A stretch of DNA of 64,000 nt from an uncultured Gemmatimonadaceae bacterium (GCA_963751275.1 CAVVTZ010000007.1:192001-256000), one strand, 5' to 3'. Numbered from the stretch's first letter, positions 20,719 through 33,345 are shown. Notes: generated by a model from the sequence alone, not told the origin. Numbers and translations are program-made.

Positions 20719-21631
20719 CGCGGAGATGCCTCCCGGTGAGCTTCACGAACACGTCCTCGAGCGTGGCCGAATGCGTGCGGAGTTCGGTGAGCGCCAAGTG
20801 CTGCCGCTGGAGCTCGGCGAGCAGCGCGGGCACCGCCCGGTGGAGCTCCGCCACTTCCAATTGCCATCCGCCGCCCGACGCGCGCACCGCGCTCACTCCC
20901 GGCAGCGCGCGCAGCGATGCCTCGTCCACGGCGCCGCTGCCGAGGGAGAATTCCACGAGGTGCTCGGCGATGATCTCGGCGATGAGCGCGCGCGGTGTGC
21001 CCAGCGCGATCACATGGCCATGATCCATGATCGCGACGCGGTCGCAGAGACGTTCCGCCTCGTCCATGTAGTGCGTGGTGATGAGCGTCGTGCGGCCGTC
21101 GGCGCGGAAGCGGTCGATCAATTCCCAAAGCTGGCGCCGCGCCTGCGGATCGAGTCCGGTGGTCGGTTCGTCGAGGAAGAGCAGCTCGGGGTCGCCCACG
21201 AGCGCGCACGCCAGGGCGAGCCGCTGCTTCTGGCCGCCGGAGAGCGTGCCGACGCGCGCGTCGCGCTTCTCCTCGAGCTGGACCATCGCGATGACCTCAT
21301 CCACCGCGCGCGCCTGCCGATAGAAGCTCCGGAAAAGATCGAGCGTCTCGCGCACGGTGATCTTCTCGGAGAGCTGTGTGTCCTGCAGCTGGATGCCGAG
21401 CCGCTCGCGCAGCTCGTGCTCGTCGCCGCTCCACCGCCGGCCCAGCAGTTCCACGTCGCCGCTGTCGGGTGCGGTCAGCCCCTCGCAGATCTCGATGGTG
21501 GTGGTCTTCCCGGCGCCGTTGGGGCCGAGCAATCCGAAACACTCGCCCGCGCGCACTTCGAGGTCGATGCCGTCCACCGCGACGACATCGCCGAAGCTCT
21601 TCCGGAGCGCGCGCAGGGCGAGTGCGCTCAC
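20711..21631 (-). CDS. ABC exporter ATP-binding subunit
   Basis: GPNGAGKTT, LSGGQKQR, LDEPTTGLD. Confidence 0.93.
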   Translation of the reverse strand: MSALALRALRKSFGDVVAVDGIDLEVRAGECFGLLGPNGAGKTTTIEICEGLTAPDSGDVELLGRRWSGDEHELRERLGIQLQDTQLSEKITVRETLDLFRSFYRQARAVDEVIAMVQLEEKRDARVGTLSGGQKQRLALACALVGDPELLFLDEPTTGLDPQARRQLWELIDRFRADGRTTLITTHYMDEAERLCDRVAIMDHGHVIALGTPRALIAEIIAEHLVEFSLGSGAVDEASLRALPGVSAVRASGGGWQLEVAELHRAVPALLAELQRQHLALTELRTHSATLEDVFVKLTGRHLRDE

Positions 21632-23037
21632 TGCGCGTAGAGGATCAGATCGTACAGGAACTTCACGCCGAAGCCGACGTTCTCCACAGACAGGCGCTCG
21701 TCGTTGCCGTGCACGCCCTTTTGCGCATCGGCCATCTCCACCTTGAACGGGCTGAAGCCGTACGTGATGAGTCCCGCCTCGCGGTACGCCGGACGATCGG
21801 TGGCGCCGGCGAGCATGATCGTGGTCACGAGTGCATTCGGGTCGCGGTCATGCGCGGCCTTCTCGATGGCCCTGTACAGATCCGTCGCGATCGGACTCTC
21901 GAGCGGCGGCTTGAGCGGCAGGGTCTGCTCGAAATGCACCGCGGTGTCGTTCACCACCTTCTTGAGCTCGGCCAGGAATGCCGCGGGATCCTGGTCGGGG
22001 AGCAGCCGGATGTCGAGCTCGGCCGACGCTTCCGGCGGGATCACGTTGGTCTTGTTCGAACCCGTGAGCACGGTGAGCGAGATCGTGTTCCGGATGATCG
22101 CGTTCCACGCGGTGTTGTCCGTGATGAACGCACGGCCGGCCGGCGTCTTCACCGCGGCCGACGCATCCGCCAGCCACGCGCGCTGCTGGCCAGTGTACTC
22201 CACGGAAATGTCCTTCATGAACTTCTGCACGCCGGGCGTGACATGGAGCGGCGTCTCATATTTCGCGATCTTGTCGAGCGCCGCGACCAGGCGCGGCACC
22301 GGGTTCTGCTTGGTGGGACGCGACCCGTGGCTCGCCACACCGTGCACGGTGAGCTTCTGCCAGAAGGGGCGCTTCTCGGACACGCTCACGCCGTAGTATT
22401 CGAGCTTGCCGTTGTTCAGCGGATTGCCGCCGCCCTCGGTGATCAGGTACTCGACGTCCTTCAGCAGATCGCGATGGTTCTTCACGAAGTCGATCGCGCC
22501 GAGCCCGCCGAGTTCTTCGTCGCTGTTGCCGATGAACACGATGTCACGGTTCAGGAGCGCGCCGCTCCGCTTGAGCGCGAGCATGGCGTAGAGTTGCGCG
22601 ATCGTCTGCCCCTTCATGTCGAGCGCGCCGCGTCCCCAGATGTAGCCGTCCTTGATCGCGCCGGAGAACGGATCCACGGTCCAATAGCTCGCGACGGCGG
22701 GCACGACATCCATGTGACCGACCAGCGCGATCGCTTTCTTGCTGCCGTTCCCCTTGAGCCGCGCGTAGATGTTGCCGCGCGTCGGCCCGAGCTCGGAGGC
22801 CGCGGTGTCGAGCACCTGCACTTCGAAGCCCTCGGCCTGGAGGATATCCTTCAGGAAGTTGATCGTGCGCATCTCGTTGCCCGGGGGATTCGTCGTGTTC
22901 AACTGCAGATAGTTCGACAGCGTCCTCACCGCTTCCTGGGACGTCGCCGCCCAATCCACCGGGCGGGGCGCGGGGTTCTGTGTCGACGCGGTGGCGGCGA
23001 ACAGCGCGAGTGCGAGAACGGACAGGGAGGAGCGCAT
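21628..23037 (-). CDS. Secreted M20/M25/M40 family metallohydrolase
   Basis: Signal peptide; GHMDVVP, WGRGALDMKG, SDEE, TEGG, HGNDER. Confidence 0.9.
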   Translation of the reverse strand: MRSSLSVLALALFAATASTQNPAPRPVDWAATSQEAVRTLSNYLQLNTTNPPGNEMRTINFLKDILQAEGFEVQVLDTAASELGPTRGNIYARLKGNGSKKAIALVGHMDVVPAVASYWTVDPFSGAIKDGYIWGRGALDMKGQTIAQLYAMLALKRSGALLNRDIVFIGNSDEELGGLGAIDFVKNHRDLLKDVEYLITEGGGNPLNNGKLEYYGVSVSEKRPFWQKLTVHGVASHGSRPTKQNPVPRLVAALDKIAKYETPLHVTPGVQKFMKDISVEYTGQQRAWLADASAAVKTPAGRAFITDNTAWNAIIRNTISLTVLTGSNKTNVIPPEASAELDIRLLPDQDPAAFLAELKKVVNDTAVHFEQTLPLKPPLESPIATDLYRAIEKAAHDRDPNALVTTIMLAGATDRPAYREAGLITYGFSPFKVEMADAQKGVHGNDERLSVENVGFGVKFLYDLILYAQ

Positions 23038-23175
23038 GGGGTGGGCCGGGGTTCGGGGAATGCGCGCGCGAGCGGGAACCGAAAATGAGGCGCGCGCCGC
23101 AGTGCGCGCAATCCCCGGAGCGAAACCCATCCCGCGGGCCGGGCGTAGGGTCCGGCACACTCTCGCCTCCGGGAA

Positions 23176-25638
23176 ATGATCTCTCTTCTGTCCGCGCTCG
23201 TCCTGCTGCAGCAGCCCATCATCTCGGTCTCGCGGGACACCACGCGGGACACGACGGAGATCCGGCGCGACTCGACGCGGCATTGGGAGGCGATGCGCGA
23301 CTCGCTGCGCCGCGCGAAGATGCGCGCGATGCACGACGTGACGATCACGCCCGAGATGATGGCGAGCGCGTACAAGGATCCCGATGCCAGGTCGCTCATC
23401 GCGCGCGCGCGCGTCGCGCGGCTGGAGCAGGATTCCACGCTCATCGCCTACGACGCGACCGCGCGCGAACGCGTGACCGCCGGCATGAGCCTGAGCGCCT
23501 CCGGCCCCGACAAACTCCTCTTGCGCAGCGAGACCGCTTCGCGCGTGCGTTGGCAGCGCGGGCGCGGTGTGCTCATCGATGTCCTCGGCGCGCGCACGGT
23601 GTTCCCGATGTTCTTCCCGGGGCCCCGCGTGCTCCCCGATTTCCTCGAGATGGACCCGGTGCCGTATTTCCCGGGACGCGAGCAGCTGCCCAGTTTCGAA
23701 GGCAGCAAGATGACCAGCAAGACCACCGAAGGGATCTTCCTGCATCCGCTCGATCGCGGCGCCGAGGCCTACTACACGTTCCGCTCCGGCGACTCGATCA
23801 CCTTCCGGCTCCCCGACGGCAAGACCATCCGTCTCCGCGCCGTGGAGGTGCAGGCGCGCAAGCCGGACGCGCAGCTCATCGTGGGTTCGCTCTGGTTCGA
23901 CGTGGCCACCGGTCATCTCGTGCGCGGCGCGTTCCGCCCCGCCGCGCCCTTCGACATCGTGAAGTTCGTGGAGGAGGAGGATCCGCACGCCTTCGACGAC
24001 GTGCCGAAGGTCGTCAAGCCGATCATCTTCCCGATGGAGCTCAACGTCGCCGCGTTCACGGTGGAGTACGGCCTGCACGAGCAGCGGTGGTGGATGCCGC
24101 GCGTGCAGACGGTGGAAGGCCGCGCGCGCGTCGGCGTCATGCGCGTGCCGTTCTCGATGGAGCAGAGCTTCTCCTACGCGAGCGTCAACGGCACCGACAC
24201 CATCCCGCGGCTCTTCGCCTCGCTGGAAGACTCGCTGGCGCACAAGCCGGGCGACTCGCTCTACAAGGCGCGGCAGGACAGCATCCACGCCGTGAACAAG
24301 GCGCGACGCGACAGTCTCCGCGCCGAGCGCGAGACCGACTCGATCACCACCAAGGACGGCCGCCGCGTTCGCTATAGCCGCCGTAACCGCGGCATGACGA
24401 TCGACGACGACCCCGATTTCCAGAGCTTCTCCTGCTCCGGCAAGGACACGACGATCACAAAAAGCTTCCGCTACGACGGCACGCTCCCGGTGCGCATCGT
24501 CGTCCCGTGCGACACCACCGCGCTGTTGCACAGTGCCGAACTCCCGCCGTCGATCTACGATCCGGGCGAGCAGCTCTTCGACCTGAAGGAGCGCGACCAG
24601 CTCGTGCAGGAACTCACGATCGGGATCCAGCCCGGCTGGGACCCGCAGCCCATCGAATGGCACTACGGCATCGAGAACTCGCTGATCCGCTACAATCGCG
24701 TGGACGCGCTCGACGCCGGCGTGCAGGCCACCCGCGATTTCGGCAGCGGCTACACCGGCTCGCTCGAGGCGCGCGTCTCCACCGGCGGCCCGTACCTCTG
24801 GGGCGAAGCGCACTTCGCCCGCAGCGACGGCTACCGCAAATACGACATCGGCCTCTACAACCGCCTCACCTCGGTGAACGATTGGGGCGATCCGCTCACC
24901 TTCCGCGCCTCGCTCAACGCGTTCATCCTCGGACAGGACCTCGGCTTCTATTACAAAGCCTGGGGCGGCGAGCTCACCTCCACCACGCTGAGCAACACCG
25001 GCTTCACGTGGCGCGTGTTCGCCGAGCAGCAGACCAACGCGCCGGTGGCGACGAACACGTCGATCCCGAACTGGATCAACGGGCACGAATTCAGCTACAA
25101 CGTCGAGACGCCGATGACGAACGCGTTCGGCGCGCAGGTGCGCCTGCGCGACCAGATCGGCCTCGACCCGCACGGTTGGCGCGAATCGTACGATGCGCGC
25201 GCCGAGGGCGGGCTGGGCACGTTCCAGTACGGGCGCGTCGCGGTGGACGGGACGATCGGTCACGGACTCGGCAAGTATCTCGACTGGCAACTCGGCGCGG
25301 GCGGCGGCACGTCGTTCGGCGACCTCCCGCCGCAGCGTGACTGGTTCCTCGGCGGCGCGTGGACCATTCGCGGCCAGCAGCCGGGCACCGCGGCCGGCAA
25401 CGCCTACTGGCTGGGGCACGCCGAGCTCGGTTCGAGCTTCGTGGCCGTGCGTCCGACGCTGTTCTTCGACATCGGCTGGGCCGGCGACCGGAACGACTGG
25501 CAGCACATCGGCATCCCGACGAGCGGCGTGGGGGTGGGGCTGTCGTTCATGGACGGTCTCTTCCGGGTGGATCTCGCGCACGCCGTGCAGCCGACCGGCG
25601 GGTTCATCCTGGATTTCTCCACGAGCGCGCGGTTCTAG
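23176..25638 (+). CDS. Large hypothetical outer-membrane protein with C-terminal Omp85-like barrel end
   Basis: Short signal peptide; RYNRVDAL, LGGAWTIRG, LFFDIGWAG, GVGLSFMDGLFRVDLA, terminal F. Confidence 0.65.
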   Translation: MISLLSALVLLQQPIISVSRDTTRDTTEIRRDSTRHWEAMRDSLRRAKMRAMHDVTITPEMMASAYKDPDARSLIARARVARLEQDSTLIAYDATARERVTAGMSLSASGPDKLLLRSETASRVRWQRGRGVLIDVLGARTVFPMFFPGPRVLPDFLEMDPVPYFPGREQLPSFEGSKMTSKTTEGIFLHPLDRGAEAYYTFRSGDSITFRLPDGKTIRLRAVEVQARKPDAQLIVGSLWFDVATGHLVRGAFRPAAPFDIVKFVEEEDPHAFDDVPKVVKPIIFPMELNVAAFTVEYGLHEQRWWMPRVQTVEGRARVGVMRVPFSMEQSFSYASVNGTDTIPRLFASLEDSLAHKPGDSLYKARQDSIHAVNKARRDSLRAERETDSITTKDGRRVRYSRRNRGMTIDDDPDFQSFSCSGKDTTITKSFRYDGTLPVRIVVPCDTTALLHSAELPPSIYDPGEQLFDLKERDQLVQELTIGIQPGWDPQPIEWHYGIENSLIRYNRVDALDAGVQATRDFGSGYTGSLEARVSTGGPYLWGEAHFARSDGYRKYDIGLYNRLTSVNDWGDPLTFRASLNAFILGQDLGFYYKAWGGELTSTTLSNTGFTWRVFAEQQTNAPVATNTSIPNWINGHEFSYNVETPMTNAFGAQVRLRDQIGLDPHGWRESYDARAEGGLGTFQYGRVAVDGTIGHGLGKYLDWQLGAGGGTSFGDLPPQRDWFLGGAWTIRGQQPGTAAGNAYWLGHAELGSSFVAVRPTLFFDIGWAGDRNDWQHIGIPTSGVGVGLSFMDGLFRVDLAHAVQPTGGFILDFSTSARF

Positions 25639-25723
25639 CGCGGGCGGTGGCGTGAGCGCGCCGGAGCGCTAAGTTTGGGCGCGCGCATGTCGCGCGAACC
25701 CAACCGCACCGGAGAGCACCGCC

Positions 25724-26095
25724 ATGTGGAAGGAATTCAAGGACTACCTGCTGAAGCAGAATCTCCTCGCGCTGGCGCTCGCCGTCGTCATCGGCGTGGC
25801 GCTGAACCGGGTGGTGCAGGCGATCGTGAACGACGTCATCATGCCGGTCGTGTCCTTCGCGACACCGGGCGGCGAATGGGAGAAGATGAAGCTCCCAGTG
25901 GGGCCCATCCAGTTCGGCGTCGGTGATCTGCTCAGCGCGTTGCTGAACTTCATCATCATCGGCTTCGTCGCGTGGCGCATCAGCAAGCTCATCCCGCAGC
26001 CTCCGGCGCCAGCCACCAAGAGCTGCCAGTTCTGCAAGAGCGCCATCGACCCGGCGGCCACGCGCTGCCCGCACTGCACCAGCCAGCTCGCGTAA
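25724..26095 (+). CDS. mscL: Large-conductance mechanosensitive channel with C-terminal zinc ribbon
   Basis: MWKEFKDYL..N.LALALAVVIG, DVIMP; CQFC...CPHC tail. Confidence 0.85.
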   Translation: MWKEFKDYLLKQNLLALALAVVIGVALNRVVQAIVNDVIMPVVSFATPGGEWEKMKLPVGPIQFGVGDLLSALLNFIIIGFVAWRISKLIPQPPAPATKSCQFCKSAIDPAATRCPHCTSQLA

Positions 26096-26161
26096 GGAGA
26101 CGTCGGACAACGGCTCGGCCCTCGGCGTGGCGGTAGCTAGCGAGAGTCGTCTCCCTTCCGT

Positions 26162-27416
26162 ATGACCGGGCCCCTGAAGGCGCCGCGTGCGCCGCGCACG
26201 ACCTCCACCGAGCAGGCGACCGCCGAACTGCTGCTCTGGCAGATGCGCGCGCGCCTGAGCGCCGCGCTCGTTGGCGCACTGCTGATCATCGGGCGGATGC
26301 TCGGCGATCACGCCACCGAAGCCGCCAAACGCGGCCTCGGCGTGCTGCTCGTGTACTTCGTGGCGACGCTGTTCATCGCCTTCCTCATCAATCGCACGGG
26401 ACGCGCCGGCCCGGTCTGGGTGTGGCTCTCCATCGGCACGGACCTCTTCGCGATCTTCGAGGTGACCTACGTCAGCACGCCGCCAGCGGACTATCCGCAG
26501 GCGCTGATCCTCGGGTTCGTCGTGCTGCATTTCACGGAGTACCATTTCGGCCGGCGCTACGCGCAGGGCGCGCTCGCGACGATCATCGCCGCGTACCTCG
26601 TGCTGATCGCACCCGTCACCGGCATCGGGCGCATCCTCGAGTGGTCGTCGCAGCTCATGTCGCTCGCCGTGTTCGCCTTCGCGGGCGCGGTGTTCGTGGT
26701 GCTGTATGGGAGCTACAAGGAACGGCTCGCCGAGATCGTCGAGCTGTTCACCCGCACGGAGCAGGGCGACTTCACCGCCGAGTTCCCGACGAGGCTGGAC
26801 TCGCCCCCCGACAGCGTGACGCTCGTGGGCAGCGCGTACAATCGTGTGCGCGCGCAGCTGGGCAACCTCGTGCTCACCGACCCGTTGAGCGGCCTGCTCA
26901 ACCGCCGCGGACTCGAGCGCGACCTCGCGCGCGAGATCGCGCGCGCGGTGCGCAGCGGGAAGGAACTGGCCCTCGTGGCCATGGATGTCGATCACTTCAA
27001 GACGATCAACGACACGCTCGGCCATCTCCGCCGGCGACGGCGTGATCAAGGAGATCGGCGAGCTGCTCCGCCAGCTGAAGCGCGGCGGCGACGTGGTGGC
27101 GCGCACCGGCGGCGATGAATTCACCCTGCTGCTGCCCGAGACCGGCGCAGCGGGCGCATTCCGCCTCGCGTCGCGGATCCGCGAGATGGTGCGCGCGCAC
27201 GAATTCCCGACGGTGCGCGGCCGTGTTCCCGTGACGGTGAGCATCGGCCTCGTCGCCGATCGCGTGATGGACGAGGATGTCGCGCACGACCTGCATTCGC
27301 GCGCCGACGAGGCGCTCTACGCCGCCAAGGAGAGCGGACGTGACCGGGTGACGATATGGAACGCGAACATGCGGGCCTTCGTGCTCACGCGCACCGGCGA
27401 GATGGTCAAGCCGTAG
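26162..27416 (+). CDS. Membrane-bound GGDEF diguanylate cyclase (frameshift ~27028)
   Basis: TM region, TDPLSGLLNRR, DVDHFKTINDTLGH; next frame RGGD..ARTGGDEF, RADEALYAAK. Confidence 0.88.
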
Positions 27417-27422
27417 TTCCGG

Positions 27423-28334
27423 CTACGCCGAGATCGCGCCCTCGGACATCAGCACGCACTCGCCGCCCACGCGCACCGCGAGCACCTCCCCGCCGGCCTT
27501 GTCCACCTCGATGTGCAGGATGCTCGGCCGGCCCATCTCGACGCCCTGCTCCACCACGTACTGGAGCTTCGCGTCGGCCGCGCTCTCGCGCGCCGCGAGA
27601 TAACCGCCGAGCGCCGCCGCGGCGCTGCCGGTGGCCGGATCCTCGGGCACCGCGAGGCCGGGCACGAACACGCGCGCATGGATGTCCACGCCCGGCTGCA
27701 GCGCGTCGCGCGAGAAGACCATCACCTGCGGCGCCCAGTACGACTTGAGCGCCGACTCCCAATGGTCCATGCGCACGCGGGCCTTCCCAACGGCGTCGCG
27801 ATCGCGCACCGGCACGAACAGGAACGGCAGTCCGCAGCTCACCGCCTGCGGCGAGGACATGCCGCCGAGGATATCGGTCGCGTCGAGTCCGAGCACGTCG
27901 GCGAGATGCGTGCGGCCGGGTGCGGGCGGTCCGATCTCGGGAAGCTTGGCGACGCTGAGTTGCGCGAACGTCGGCGCGTGTCCCTCGCCGCGGATCATGA
28001 CCGTGACGGGGCCGACGCCTTCTTCGAGGATGATGCGCGTCTCGGGGCCGGTGAGCTTGATCTCGCCGGTGGCCGCGAGCGCGTACGCGGTGCCCACCGT
28101 CGGATGGCCGGCGAAGGGGAGTTCCTCGGCGGGCGTGAAGATCCGCACGCGGCGCGTGTGCTTCGGATCCGCGGGCGGATAGACGAACACCGTTTCCGAG
28201 AGATTGAACTCGCGTGCGATGTCGGCAAGCGCGCTCGTCGGGGATCGCGCGCGCGTCGGGAAAGACCGCGAGCTGGTTCCCGGCGAAGGGCCGGTTCGTG
28301 AAGACGTCGAGCGTGAGGTAACGGTGCCGTGCGC

Positions 28335-28338
<4 letters not shown>
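27423..28338 (-). CDS. PhzF family isomerase (frameshift ~28230)
   Basis: LDVFTNRPFAGNQLAV, NLSETVF, ELPFAGHPT, EDPATGSA, QGVEMGRPS. Confidence 0.9.
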
Positions 28339-30001
<1,663 letters not shown>

Positions 30002-30086
30002 TGTGCGTTCCTTGTGCGTGAGAGCGGACTGGAAAGATAGTCGGGTGGGAAGGTGTCTGGAATCGTGCGCCAGGATTGCGGTACCC

Positions 30087-30163
30087 ATCTTGGTAATCAT
30101 GTGCATCCTGTCAAAGCAGTTCTGAGAACTGCATTCTGACAGGATGCACATGATTGACGTGAT
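30087..30163. repeat. Palindrome with 9-bp periodic arms in divergent intergenic region
   Basis: AATCATGTGCATCCTGTCA (30095-30113) / TGACAGGATGCACATGATT (30137-30155), plus inner GCAGTTCT-G-AGAACTGC. Confidence 0.85.
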
Positions 30164-30221
30164 ATGATCGAGGGGGTCTCCATCATCGCCTATTGCGTAT
30201 CCCTCGTAATAACTTGGGGCC

Positions 30222-31025
30222 GTGCGAATATCCGGTCTGATCCTTATCGGTTGCATCATCCCGTTGGCGTCCTGCGAGCGCGCGCCGATCGATTGGCTCG
30301 AGCCACAGCGGCTCGACTCGGCGTCGGTCGCGGCGGCGGGGCCGGGGTGGGTGCTGGTGGTGGATGCGCGGGGCGCGGCGCGCGCCGTGCGGCCGGTTGC
30401 GCCGGAAATGGCCGCGGCCGCGGGCGTCTGTCCGGGCTCGACCGTCGCGGCGCATGTCCGCGGCGGCGAATGGTACGCGGGATGGTTCACGGCGCGCGCG
30501 GACAGCAGCGTCGTGCTGATGGTGTCGCGTTCGACGGACGGCGGCGCCAAGTGGACGAAGGCCGTCGCCGCCGATGCGCGCGATGCGGGCCGCCGTGGGT
30601 GCGCGCGGCCGGCGCCGGCCATCGCCGGTGACTCCGCCACGGGGTTCGTGCACCTCGCGTATTTCCTCGAGCCGCCCGACGGCGCGGGCGTCTGGTTCGT
30701 GCATTCCATGGAGCACGGCCTGGTCTGGCATCCGCCGGTGGCGATCGCGTACGGCGCGGACCCTGCGGCGGCGAGCGTCGCCTCGCTCGGCGACACGGTC
30801 GCGATCGCCTATCAGGCGCCGAACGCGGGCGACGGCTGGATCGGTCTCGCGCTCTCGAGCACCGACGGTCATATCATTGACGACATGCTGCCGGCGGTGT
30901 CAGGGCGCACCGTGCCGGCGGCGGCGCCGCGCGTCGCGATGCGTGGCGCGCGGATCGCGGTGGGGTGGGTGTCGGTGCGGGGTGGGATGCCGATGGTCCG
31001 GACCGGAACGCGGAGCACACCATGA
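30222..31025 (+). CDS. Hypothetical lipoprotein with Asp-box/BNR motif
   Basis: Lipobox-like LASC; SRSTDGGAKW; stop overlaps nfo start. Confidence 0.6.
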   Translation: MRISGLILIGCIIPLASCERAPIDWLEPQRLDSASVAAAGPGWVLVVDARGAARAVRPVAPEMAAAAGVCPGSTVAAHVRGGEWYAGWFTARADSSVVLMVSRSTDGGAKWTKAVAADARDAGRRGCARPAPAIAGDSATGFVHLAYFLEPPDGAGVWFVHSMEHGLVWHPPVAIAYGADPAAASVASLGDTVAIAYQAPNAGDGWIGLALSSTDGHIIDDMLPAVSGRTVPAAAPRVAMRGARIAVGWVSVRGGMPMVRTGTRSTP

Positions 31026-31912
31026 AGCATTTCCTGGGCGCGCACACGATCGACAATGGTGGCATCGATCAGGCCGCGCGCCGCGCCGGCGCCGGCGGGA
31101 TGACCGCCATGCAGCTCTTCACCGCGATCCCGAAGTTCTACGGCGACAAGTCATCGATCAAGCCCGAGCGCGTGGCGAAGTTCCATGCGGCGCTCCACGA
31201 GACGGGGATCGCGCCGAAGCACGTCGTCGCGCACGCGGCCTACGTGCTCAATACGGCCACGCACGAGGACGACAAATGGATCCGCGCGAGCGCGGGCCTC
31301 ACGAAGGAACTCGAGCGCTCCACGGCGTTGGGCATCGGCGCAGTGTGCTTCCATCCGGGCGCCGCGAAGGATGGCGACCGCGACGCCGCCGTCGAACGCG
31401 TCGCGCGCGCGATCATCGCGGCGCTCGAGTCCGTCGAGGGCGGCACGCGCCTCCTCGTGGAGAACACCGCCGGCGCCGGCGCGACGATCGGCAAGACGCC
31501 CGAGGAGGTGGGCGGCATCCTGCAAGCCGTACCCAAGAAGCTCCGCGCGCGCACCGGCTACGGACTCGACACCTGCCACCTGTTCGCCGCCGGCCACGAC
31601 ATCGCGTCCTCCCGCTTCTCGCTCACGGAAGTGCTCGATGCCTTCCAGGAAGCCACCGGCGAGGCGCCCGGATTCTTCCATCTCAACGACAGCAACGGCG
31701 CGCTCGGCTCCAACCTCGACCGCCACGCGCTCATTGGCGAGGGCAAGATCGGCGCCGATCCCTTCGGCTGGCTCCTCGAGGACGCCCGCTCGCACCAGGT
31801 GCCGATGATCCTCGAGACGCCGCAGGAGCACCCGGACATCGCTGACGACAATGTCTCGCCCGATCCGTACGACGTGAAGATGATGAAGCTGCTCCGTTCA
31901 ATGGAGCGCTGA
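31022..31912 (+). CDS. nfo: Endonuclease IV (AP endonuclease)
   Basis: LGAH, HAAYVLN, FHPG, ENTAG, DTCHLF, HLNDS, DRH, ILETP. Confidence 0.93.
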   Translation: MKHFLGAHTIDNGGIDQAARRAGAGGMTAMQLFTAIPKFYGDKSSIKPERVAKFHAALHETGIAPKHVVAHAAYVLNTATHEDDKWIRASAGLTKELERSTALGIGAVCFHPGAAKDGDRDAAVERVARAIIAALESVEGGTRLLVENTAGAGATIGKTPEEVGGILQAVPKKLRARTGYGLDTCHLFAAGHDIASSRFSLTEVLDAFQEATGEAPGFFHLNDSNGALGSNLDRHALIGEGKIGADPFGWLLEDARSHQVPMILETPQEHPDIADDNVSPDPYDVKMMKLLRSMER

Positions 31913-31941
31913 CCGTTCCCCCCGCCGGAGTCCAACGCCTG

Positions 31942-33345
31942 ATGTTCACTCGCACTCGCGCCGCGATCGCGGCGATTCTCTTCGCGCTCGCCGCGCCCGC
32001 TCGCGCGCAAGGCGCGCCCATCGACTACGCCGCGCTGCAGGACGAGACCGTCGAGGCGCTGCAGGAGTATCTCCGCATCAACACGACCAACCCGCCCGGG
32101 AACGAGCTCGCCGCGGCCAGATTCCTGCAGGCGTTCCTGCAGAAGGAAGGGATCGAAGCGGAGATCCTCGATACCGCGGAGCTGGGACCGGGGCGCGCGA
32201 ATCTCTACGCGCGCCTCAAGGGGAACGGCACGAAGCGCGCCGTTGCGCTCGTGAACCACATGGATGTCGTGCCCGCCGACCCGGCGACGTGGAAACAGCC
32301 GCCCTTCTCCGGCGCGCTCGTGGACGGCGACGTCTGGGGCCGCGGCGCACTCGACATGAAAGGGATCGGCATCGTGCAGCTGATGACGATGGTCGCGATC
32401 AAGCGCGCCGGCATCCCGCTCACGCGCGATCTGGTCTTCATCGGGAACGCCGACGAGGAATCCGATGGCTCGGGCGCGATCGTCTTCGTGGCGAAGCACA
32501 AGGACAAGCTCGCCGACGTGGAGTTCCTGCTCACCGAGGGGGAAGGGACGCTCGTCGAGAACGGGAAGGTGAAGATGTTCGCGATCGGCGTCGGCGAGAA
32601 ACGCCCGTACTGGATGACCCTCACCGTGCACGGCGTTCCGTCGCACGGTTCGGTGCCCACGCCGTACAATCCGGTGCCGAAGCTCGCGCAGGCGGTGGTG
32701 CGCCTCGCGCAGTGGCAGACGCCGGTACACATGCTTCCCGCGGTGGACAACTATTTCAAGGCGCTCGCGACGCTCTACACGGGCCAGCAGCGCGCCTGGC
32801 TGCTCAACGCTGCGAACGCACTGAAGGATCCCAAGGGGCGCGCCTTCATCCTCAGCGATCCGTACCGCAACGCGATCCTGCGGAACACGGTGGTGCCCAC
32901 GGTGCTCAAGGGCTCGAACAAGACGAACATCATCCCCGGCGAGGCGAGCGCGGAGCTCGATATCCGCCTGCTGCCCGACCAGGACACCGCGGCGTTCCAC
33001 CGCGACCTCGATCGCGTGATCGGCGACACGAGCGTCCACAGCGCTGTGTTCGCCGAGGTGACGCCCGAGTATAGCGCGAGCATCAACACGGACATGGTGC
33101 GCGCCGTGGAGAAGGTGATCGGGCAGATGCTGCCCGGCGTCCCCGTCGCGACGCCGCTCGCGGCGGGCGCCACCGACCGGCCCACCTACGCCCAGGTCGG
33201 CATCCAGGCCTACGGCCTCGAGCCGTGGCTCGTGGAGATCACCGACGAGATGTCCGAGGTGCATGGCAACAACGAGCGCCTCTCGGTGAAGAACATCGGG
33301 TTCGGGCTCAAGTTGATGATCGGCGTCATCGAGGCGGTGCAGTAG
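31942..33345 (+). CDS. Secreted M20/M25/M40 family metallohydrolase (paralog of 21628-23037)
   Basis: NHMDVVP, WGRGALDMKG, ADEE, HGNNER. Confidence 0.9.
   Translation: MFTRTRAAIAAILFALAAPARAQGAPIDYAALQDETVEALQEYLRINTTNPPGNELAAARFLQAFLQKEGIEAEILDTAELGPGRANLYARLKGNGTKRAVALVNHMDVVPADPATWKQPPFSGALVDGDVWGRGALDMKGIGIVQLMTMVAIKRAGIPLTRDLVFIGNADEESDGSGAIVFVAKHKDKLADVEFLLTEGEGTLVENGKVKMFAIGVGEKRPYWMTLTVHGVPSHGSVPTPYNPVPKLAQAVVRLAQWQTPVHMLPAVDNYFKALATLYTGQQRAWLLNAANALKDPKGRAFILSDPYRNAILRNTVVPTVLKGSNKTNIIPGEASAELDIRLLPDQDTAAFHRDLDRVIGDTSVHSAVFAEVTPEYSASINTDMVRAVEKVIGQMLPGVPVATPLAAGATDRPTYAQVGIQAYGLEPWLVEITDEMSEVHGNNERLSVKNIGFGLKLMIGVIEAVQ

Noticed and set aside
21628..25581. 1317-aa ORF on minus strand
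   Set aside because: Only 21628-23037 is a real M20 peptidase; the rest is the stop-free antisense of the 820-aa OMP gene, common at high GC.
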